A stretch of DNA of 62,248 nucleotides, counting the filler, from Trichosphaerium sp. ATCC 40318 (lineage: Eukaryota > Protista > Tubulinea): the NCBI GenBank assembly GCA_038496445.1. It is 3 parts of 3 records of this genome, joined end to end, with 100 filler letters (N's around TTAATTAATTAA, not from the genome) between each part and the next. Parts side by side here need not be neighbours in the genome. Positions count along the whole stretch, not along the records: positions 51,546 to 62,248 come from JALMLS010000492.1; 2 more parts are not named here. One strand, 5' to 3'. This document shows positions 54,501 through 62,248 of this stretch, one piece after another. The notes under the pieces were generated by a model. It did not search any database. It was not told the origin of the DNA and was given only the letters and a program-made list of their open reading frames with translations. A program made the position numbers and the translations under genes. The stretch's first letter is position 1. Each line of letters begins with the position of its first letter.

Positions 54501-56067
54501 AGAGAGTCGCTCTAATGATGAAACCAAGCCACTTTAATTTCCATTAGAAAAGAAAAACAAAAGAAACACAAAAAATCTTTTCGTCTTTCAACGTACCCCC
54601 AAGTGTTTACAATTGTCTTATGTGACTCTTCTGGGATTTTGACATTCTAAAGAAAATGTTAATTTCAATTTCGAGTTTAATACATGGTCACAGAAGGATG
54701 ATATTCTGAAGCAAAAAAAAGTCAAAAGAACGTACCTTATTGTTTGCAAATAAAATACATATGACCTTAAGAAGCTGTGTGCGCGCTCCCTTTGGACAAC
54801 CAACAATAGCTAAACCTATCAAAGGTCCTACTATCGCTCCTTTGACGTGATGGAAGCAAGCTAAGACGACTAATGATCCAGTGAAAAAGTCTTTGCTTCC
54901 AGATTTTAAACCCTAAAGTGTACGAGTTAGCTTTGCTGAAAACAATTTTTAATGCTGTTAAAAACTTACCTTGGCGAGACTAGGGAGTACTCTACGGACA
55001 ATATTATCCTTTAATTGCGAAGAAACATTAGCTGCACGTGTTCTGTGTACAACACATGAAGCAATTGTAGAATGGAAAGATTGTAAAGCGCCATATAATG
55101 CATCCTCAACTGAAGCTTTTTCTACCTAATAGATTTGTTTTAAGAAATAATTTTTTTGGTTGATATTAATAATAACAGTTGAACAGAAAGAGACAATACA
55201 AAGCACGTGGATAGAAAGTCCATAAAAGGTAAAAAAAAAATTCAAAAAAATCATAAAAGGTAGTTCACGTACAGCCTCACAAATAAATGTCAAAAGTCCT
55301 GGGTTACGTAAAGAAGCGTCTATAAAAGTCTTTCGAGGTGGTGGAACACCGTCATTTTGTACTTTCTTCAAGAAACCCCAGTGTGGACCAGCACTATTAA
55401 TCAAAAAAATGACTTAGTTTGGAAAAAAAAAAATAAAACAAATAAAAAATGCGCTTGATAGCTAATCACATAATCCATTAAATGTCACATTTTTGTCCAT
55501 AGTGATTTTACGTACCGTGTTAAATCTACTAAGCGTAATACTTTGACGAATAGCTTTGTTTGATGGTAAGGCATTACAGACTGAATAACGAGGTCTGGAT
55601 TGTACTCGAATATTCTACATGGATGTTTAGGTGGCGTATAGTGAGAAAGGAGGAGTGTAAACAAAAGTCTGTAAAACTTTGTTCTCTTTTGATTATTAAA
55701 TGACGTCGTACCTGTATTGGCGTATCAAGTACTCAAACACTGTGTGTGCCGCTGTCAGAAGAAAAAATGGTGAAAGAAGTGTCATGAATCTCGTTAGTTT
55801 TTTGTCTAAGCTTGCGTTCTCTTCATCGAGTTGTAGCTCTCTTTTGTAATTTACGCTTTGTTGGCTGAATAACGTTGTTTCAAACTCTCCAAGCCTAGGA
55901 TCATTCTTTCTAAGCTTTTGAAGCGATCCTTTGGCCATGACAAGTAAATTTTCTGCAGAGAAGCGAGCAGCATCTACTTTTGAGAATATCAATGATCTAC
56001 GCGCTTTAATGCTCCTGTCGGAAACATTTCCCTTTTTTCTCAATTGTCTAGCTAGAGAAGTAGACAT
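51546..56067 (-). CDS. UTP10: U3 snoRNP / SSU processome protein UTP10 (HEATR1), 3' truncated
   Basis: N-terminus MSTSLARQL...SLIFS..DAA...EFETTLFS...LLSPFFLL..AH..FEYLIRQY and later PYHQT..FVKVL, HWGFL, followed by long helical exons. Confidence 0.92.
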
Positions 56068-56227
56068 GTTGAAATTATAGTTGTATTATGTTGTATTATT
56101 CTGTGTGCGCGTCTAGGCAATCATTTGAAACTGAGAAATTAGTAACAAAAAAATAAAGCCTAAAAAACTGCATACAAAAATAAAAAGTCGCGTACTTTCT
56201 TATAGACCCGCACAACGTTTCAGCGTT

Positions 56228-57085
56228 ATGACGGATAAAGAAGAAGACTCTTCAGCGTCGCTGGGTGACTCAACGACGTCCAGTCCGAAAACTAATGTAA
56301 AACAGGCAAAAGGTATTAAAAGTGTTTGTATTAGCGTTAACGCTCTCTTTAGATTACATTAAAAAAGGAAAAGGTACCTGTTGTTAGGTTTGCTAGGTTT
56401 GTGTAATGATATCCTGTTCAGTTATTGTATTCTTCAAAGCAACAGGCAACGCGCCCGTTATGAAACAAAAAAAATTCTTTCTGAGAGCATCAGCCAATTT
56501 TCATACTATTACTACCTTCTTGAGGGGCCAGTTGAAATATAACGCAGAGGAACCATTGGTACGAATTTATTTATTTATCCACCTTCATTGGGCCGATACA
56601 CGCCTTCAAACATCTCTATGGATACACAACGAATCCCTAACGCCTTTTTTTTTTCATTAACTTCGCACAATTTCAAGAGCGAGTCACGTTATTGAAAGTG
56701 CCCATACATCATCTCTTTTGCGTATATTGACATGACACCTTAGTACCTATTTGTCAACAGTACATTTCAACCGAATCCGGATCAAACTATTTCTGATCTA
56801 TTCCACGTACGTCAACTAGCAACCTGTCGTTGTTTTTTTCATCTTGGCCTATTATTTAAAAGCAAAAAAAGAAAAACATTTCTTTCTTGAAGAAGGCGCT
56901 TTTATTCACTCTCTATCAAGTGTTTCCACAACAACGGTAAGCTCGTAGTGAATTATTGTACAACAGCCGCATGGTACGACTCTTTGGAAAAGAGGAAAAC
57001 AGACTTCTTTTAATTTTTTTTTCGATGTTTTTTTCCTCTTGTAATAAAAAACCCAAAAAGTCGCTCATACTCAGCTAGGGGCTAA
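56228..57085 (+). CDS. ATG12: Autophagy ubiquitin-like protein ATG12
   Basis: VFFKATGNAPVMKQKKF, YLFVNSTFQPNPDQ, CFHNNGKLVVNYCTTAAW|G-stop. Confidence 0.93.
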
Positions 57086-57099
57086 ACCGTCGATCATTT

Positions 57100-57509
57100 C
57101 TACACGACAGCTAACTCAATGAGTGCTGTGTGCGTTATTACCCAACAAACCTGTACAAAATTAAATAAACGCTTCCTAGTCCATTCTGTCTACATTGTAT
57201 GCGTTATAACGTACCACAAATAAGCCCATGGATGTCATTAGACCTTCCATCATTAATTCTCTGCTTTCGTCAGGATCAGAGCCAATATCGCTTGAATCTG
57301 AGTAACGTGACGTAACTAGCCAAGATACGGCAATATTTGCGGAAGCAAATCTAAAATACGTTAAAACGCAACTCTGATACGCTAAAGGGAGCTTACACGA
57401 GTATTGGTGATGCTCCACTAAGTTGTAATACACCGCATACAATACCAGCGATTAGTCCTAGAATTTGTCTTATCCAGTGTATGAGCGTCTTCAAGCTTTC
57501 TTTATTCAT
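57100..57509 (-). CDS. RAB5IF: Rab5ip-family membrane protein (RAB5IF/OPTI-like)
   Basis: LIHWIRQILGLIAGIVCGVLQLSG...ELMMEGLMTSMGLFV|VCWVITHT. Confidence 0.85.
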
Positions 57510-58348
57510 TGCTTTTATTGATACTGTACCGTGACACTCACAACACGAAAAAAACAGAAAAATTTCAACAGATTTCAATTGACGCCTTGCTTGCTATTGT
57601 GACGGAATAATAATCAGTGAGAGTTATTCAATACTACCAACGGTTACTCGAGATATTTAACAGACGAAAGAAATTGTCTACGCGTATGCCTTTTTTGCCT
57701 GTAAACGATCTATGCGAGCCCATATAGCGTCAGGAACCACCAACACGAAGTTAAGCAGGAATACTGAGATTGTAAAAGAAGTGACGAGAACATCCTATCC
57801 GCGTATCATTACGTTGGGTGGGGTTAGATTTTAGCTGACAGTTGTTAAAGGGGTTGTTGTGTATAAAAGCTCGTCTATACTAGTACGTTTGTGAGCGGTG
57901 CGTTGACATTGCGTTTATGACTGTTTTCAGTGTTTCAGTGACGTTTCGGTTTAAAAAACGTGATCTAGCGGTTATACCTAGCTAACCCGTTTACATCCTC
58001 TTTAGTTCTACACTCAACATTTCTACGCGCGTTCGATGTGTTGCTACCCTTGTTTACACGTTTTACGGTAGATGAATCTCTTTAGCGCCAATGCCGTCCA
58101 GATGTCATTGTTGTGTTCGCTTCCTTTAGTACTACGCGTTTACGTTGCGTTCAAGTGATTTAGAACTGATTTTCCGCTACTAAAAACTATGGTTCGTATG
58201 CGCAACATGAATTGTTCGAGAAGTGTTTGCGTTGTCACATAGTTGCGTCTGCGCCTGTTGTTGCATCAACTCGAATTCCACGTATTCTCAAAATCACATA
58301 CAATGGTTAACACGACCTCATGTCTTCGTTATATGAGGGTTTGAGACA

Positions 58349-58388
58349 TCCCACAATTTATTTCTTGGATAACATTTGTTGTTTAAAA
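58349..58388 (+). promoter_or_regulatory. Putative snRNA-type upstream element (TCCCACAA) plus TATA-like TTTAAAA
   Basis: TCCCACAA at 58349-58356 fits the Dictyostelium DUSE / plant USE core; TTTAAAA at 58382-58388; both lie just upstream of the structured element. Confidence 0.45.
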
Positions 58389-58409
58389 GTATTTTTGGAT
58401 TATCCTATT

Positions 58410-58775
58410 ATCAGGACGGCCATCCATCGTTAACGATTGATGATCCCCTCTAAAATATATTCTTCTTGTTAAGAATTTGTTGTACATTGCAGTGACTCCG
58501 AACTTTCAGCGCAGGCTTATAATGTTTGAGGACTTTTCGGTATGTGGTGCATACCGTAGGTCACCATTGCAATTTCGTACATTTCGGTGCCTTCTGCCTT
58601 ATGTTCGAGGGCTTCAGTGTGGTGGTGCACACTGTTGTCGTGCAACGAGTTCCTAACATGTCGTACCTTTCGGTTCTGCCGTAAGTGTACGAGGACTTCA
58701 ACGCGGTGGTGCGCACTGTGGTCCATATGGAGTGTAGTAACAGTTGGGGTTCATCTGATCGTTAATTTTTTTTTT
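58410..58775 (+). ncRNA. Unidentified ~340-nt structured RNA with three repeated two-hairpin modules
   Basis: Four nested long-range stems, three modules with compensatory stem changes, terminal T10. Confidence 0.7.
58766..58775 (+). terminator. T10 run, putative Pol III-type terminator
   Basis: Immediately follows the closing stem of the structured element; T-runs are common in this genome. Confidence 0.4.
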
Positions 58776-59338
58776 GAATTGAAAGAAATATCAAGGTTTC
58801 TCTGCTTGCTGTGAATATCTTGTTAATCATCTCAGCCCTTTTGCTTACATGACTATGTGTTACTTGATTGTTCATTTAAAAAGTTGTTACATAATACAAT
58901 CTGAAATAGCAGAAAAAGACACGTGGTAGTAAGTAGCTTGTAAATAGAAAATTTCACTCAGTACAATCAAATACCTACTGATTTTGAATAACTGAATTTG
59001 GATCTGGCTGCTTATAATCGTCATGGGCGACAACAAGTAGCTATAGTATGATATCATCAAACGGATGCATTCTACAGCTACTGTTGCTAAGTTAGGCTGA
59101 AGCTCAAGATGTGAACTAACGTCTTTTTATTAACCACTGGTTGCAATCAGAAAACACTGTTACTACAAAAACTACAAGGTGAGGGCAACGAACAATTTAT
59201 TATAGTTGAAGAAACCAACGGCGGTTACTCAGTTTTTAGGACAATCGCTTGGAATCTAATTTAAACAAGTTAGTGGAAGCCTATTGATAAATGGGCTAAC
59301 ATGTTTTACCTTAAATATGGCTTCTGTTGGTGTGCAAG

Positions 59339-61846
59339 TAATGATGTTGGTTTAAGAATAAACTGCAAATTCATATTTATTCGGAAGTGGTCAAAAGTTA
59401 TTTTTATTTATTCATATAATCATTTGTGTTCATCTTGGAGCAAATGGTTACGACACACAGAGTACTTACAAACACGAGTAGGAGAGAGTCTGTTTCTATC
59501 ATTAGTAATTAAGCGACTAGCCTGTGAAAAGCTTCTTTCAGTCATTGCTTGAGAGGCTGGAATCGCTAAATATTTCTGAGCCAAAGATGCTAAGATTGGA
59601 TACTTTTCTTTGTTTGTTCTCCACCATCTAAGCTCTTCGCCATCATTAGTGGTTTTTATCGGTGGTTCTACCTTGTATCTTTCTAGTTCTTTGCTTGTAT
59701 CAAGCGGAGTAGTAGGGGATGGTGCACTACTAAACAGAAGTAAGTAAACATTGAAACAAAAAAAAGTAAAACAGAAAAAAGACCAATACGTGAAGAATTG
59801 TCTCGCTTCTCCTGCTTCTGAAACTCCTCCTCTAGTGCTCACTGCACTAGGTACTTCACCTTCAATACCCTTATTGTACAGTTAGTACGCATTATGTAAA
59901 TTATATTGTACTGTAGGCATGTTCTCATCTCTTGATACAGCTACAAGTTCATTAAATTCGGCTTCTAATATTTCCCAAGCTTCATCCTCGTCTCCATCAG
60001 TGAGGTGGTTGCAGCCCTTAAAGCGCGGATCAAGGACTGTTGCTAAGAGGGTAACAACAGGGAGCTCATCCCATATGAGACGTATGGCATTGAGATAGTT
60101 TGTAGCCACATTTTTGGTTTGTATTTGCATTTCATCAAGATTTTCATTTTCAGCAATTTCTTCCACTACACAAGTCAGTAAAAAACAATAATGAAGCTAA
60201 ACAACACATACACGGATGAATCATCTCTTGGAGAAGCTTTTCTATCTTTTCTAAGGCCACCAACACCCATGATTGCGTTGTGTACTTCTCTGCTTCGAGA
60301 ATTTCAATAGCATAAACTGTTGGTTGAAACAAAAGAATCATGTTCTCAATAAAACTCCATTTCTCAAAGGAAAACTCAGGTACGTATGGCTACAAACAAA
60401 GTAAATATTTACACGTGCACAAAAAAACCAGTACATACCCTAAATCTACTATCACATACTAGTCGGTAGTTTGTAAGCATTCGTCTCATTTCGTGAGCTT
60501 TTTTCAACATTGTAATTGTTGATGAGAAGCGTGTACAAGTATCACGTGGCAGTTTTTTGTATTGGTCACTGCAAAACGCTTTCCAGGCGCGTCTAAACGG
60601 ATCTGAGCAGCTACACCTCGCAATAAACACTCTTAAGGGCTTGAGAATGCTTTCTTCAATTTCTGGGATTAATGCTTTACGCATTGCGTTATTCAAGATG
60701 TGACAGAGGCAGCGAAGGTCAGTAACCATTCTAGGGTACCACCAATTAATTTTATACAAGAACAATGGTAGTTAAACGTACTCAGAGGTATATTTCGCCA
60801 CTTGGGCGAGTGTGTCTCCGCGAAGCTTTCTTGAAGAAAAGTAAGAACAATAAATAATAAAAAAAACCCACAAAAAAAACTAGTCGTACCCAATAGTGAA
60901 TTTAACTGAGGCCAATTCGCCTCCATCTGTTACACCAGCAACTGGTAAAACACCATCACCTAGCCACGCCACGTTTGAGCCATCCCACTCTCCACAAAGT
61001 ACGTCAGCTACAAGTGAACCAATAGTTACCGCTGCCAAAAAAAGTAAGCAAAAAAAAAGTTTAAACAAAGTTGTTTCGTGCCTTTGTGGTCTTCTTCACA
61101 AGGCACCACACCTACCAACTTACGACACAATACATAGTCATCGGATATCCAATGCATTGATATGCCAGCGTAATATTCTTTGGAAACTTTACTTTTCCAA
61201 AGATCGACTGCAAAGGTTGGTGACTTCGCTGTTTGAGTTATCAGCTTAGCTTCATTTATTGTTTTGTCGCTGAGTGCATCAGCCCGTAAAGTGATCTTGT
61301 TTCTCCCTGGTAGAATGAACCCAGGTACAGCATAATTAAACAATAGTTTAAAGTACCGTTTTGATACGAGGTGAAAAGGAAGATTGTGAGCAACAAAACA
61401 AATAGCCAACAAATCTATCAATTTCTAGCGAACAATTAGAAATTGCAAAAAACCACTTGTTATTACCTCTTGTTCCCCCGGTAATAAAGGCCGAATGGTT
61501 CTGGACACATACTTGTCCATAGGACCTGTTTTATCTTCTCCGTCAGCAAAAGAGTCTGTTTTGGAGTCGTAGCCATGTTTGGTGCGTAAGTGAGTTAACA
61601 GGTTGCTTGTTGATGTTCTTTTAGGTCGAGGCACAAAACAACTACAACGTTTACACTGAAAGCCTCCATCAACATGTACAAAGTGTTTATACACTGGTGA
61701 TCGCAGAGTACGAATACTACAAACCACTGTGTTTTTGGGCTCAGCCATCTCGATGAATTGTGTAAATTCAAAAAGTCAATTCATAGTCCAATTTTTTTTG
61801 GTGTATTCAAATTTATTCTTTATTTATTCTTAAACCAACATCATTA
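59339..61846 (-). mobile_element. Complete hAT DNA transposon (2508 bp)
   Basis: Perfect 24-bp TIRs TAATGATGTTGGTTTAAGAATAAA (59339-59362 / 61823-61846); 8-bp TSD TGTGCAAG / TGGGCAAG with one mismatch. Confidence 0.95.
59420..61748 (-). CDS. hAT transposase, 9 exons
   Basis: BED finger (CKRC...NLLTHLRTKH), FAVDLW, VTDGG, CLCH, TRFSST, LDPRFK, WW...YPILASLAQKYLAIPASQAMTERSFS; all exons splice in frame. Confidence 0.93.
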
Positions 61847-62248
61847 TGGGCAAGGTGTTAACAACAGCGATGCTGGTATCAACTTCACCATCTATTGTAG
61901 TAACAATAGAAGCGATGTCACCGTCACGTGTTGTAACAGTTGTAACAATAGTTTGATCGTCATCAACACACTTCACAGTCCATTTTTTTCCATCCTAATA
62001 ACAGATGGAAGATGAGAAACACGTGTTTCAAACTGAACAAACTGAACAAAAAAGACTGTTGAAAAGAACTGAAACATACCTGAACCCAAGGAGGACACTG
62101 AGGACCTTCTGTTGTAGGTTGAATCCTTGGATAATGACATTCTCCTTGTTCAAACTCCCATGTACGTTTCTAATACTGGTAAGGAACAACAAACTTATAA
62201 GCACTAGAAGAAAATCCTACAAAGTACAAAAAAAAAAAAGATGCCGTA

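Noticed and set aside
58499-58718. Modules as hammerhead or HDV-like ribozymes, or as a CRISPR array
   Set aside because: No CUGANGA/GAAA core, the HDV P1-P3 pairings cannot be built, and there are no identical repeats with unique spacers or cas genes.
58732-58760. GTGTAGTA (U2-like) and GGGGTTCATC (RNase MRP P4-like) motifs
   Set aside because: Position and context do not fit U2. The partner GATGATCCCC leaves no room for MRP P2/P3. Not called, though an Rfam scan should confirm.
58517-58814. His-rich 69-aa (-) and Cys-rich 75-aa (+) ORFs over the structured element
   Set aside because: The repeat units conserve base pairing and loop nucleotides with small indels rather than codons; most likely by-products of the RNA repeat.

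Overview
Eukaryotic, AT-rich, intron-dense genomic DNA with many 45-70 nt introns, GTACGT/GTAAGT donors and CTAAC-like branch points. Gene content suggests an amoeba-like protist, probably Amoebozoa (inference). Three contigs are joined by artificial N44-TTAATTAATTAA-N44 spacers at 29323-29422 and 51446-51545. Contig 1 is gene-dense: two tyrosine-kinase-like kinases, three F-box-like repeat proteins (two MORN-variant, one LRR; two of them carry in-frame stops), and BTB, arrestin, ARF, vWA, RhoGEF-PH-RhoGAP, bZIP and ZNHIT2 genes. Contig 2 has an ankyrin/PARP-like ADP-ribosyltransferase gene followed by about 19 kb of decayed paralog fragments, a MITE, a transposase relic and conserved non-coding repeats. 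Contig 3 has UTP10, ATG12, RAB5IF and a complete, apparently intact 8-intron hAT transposon. The most striking element is a ~340-nt candidate structured RNA gene at ~58410-58775 (+). It folds into a long rod carrying three copies of a two-hairpin module whose stems vary in sequence but keep pairing, with conserved (G)UGGUG loops. It is preceded by a USE/DUSE-like motif and followed by a T10 run. All calls are by eye; no database searches or folding programs were run.
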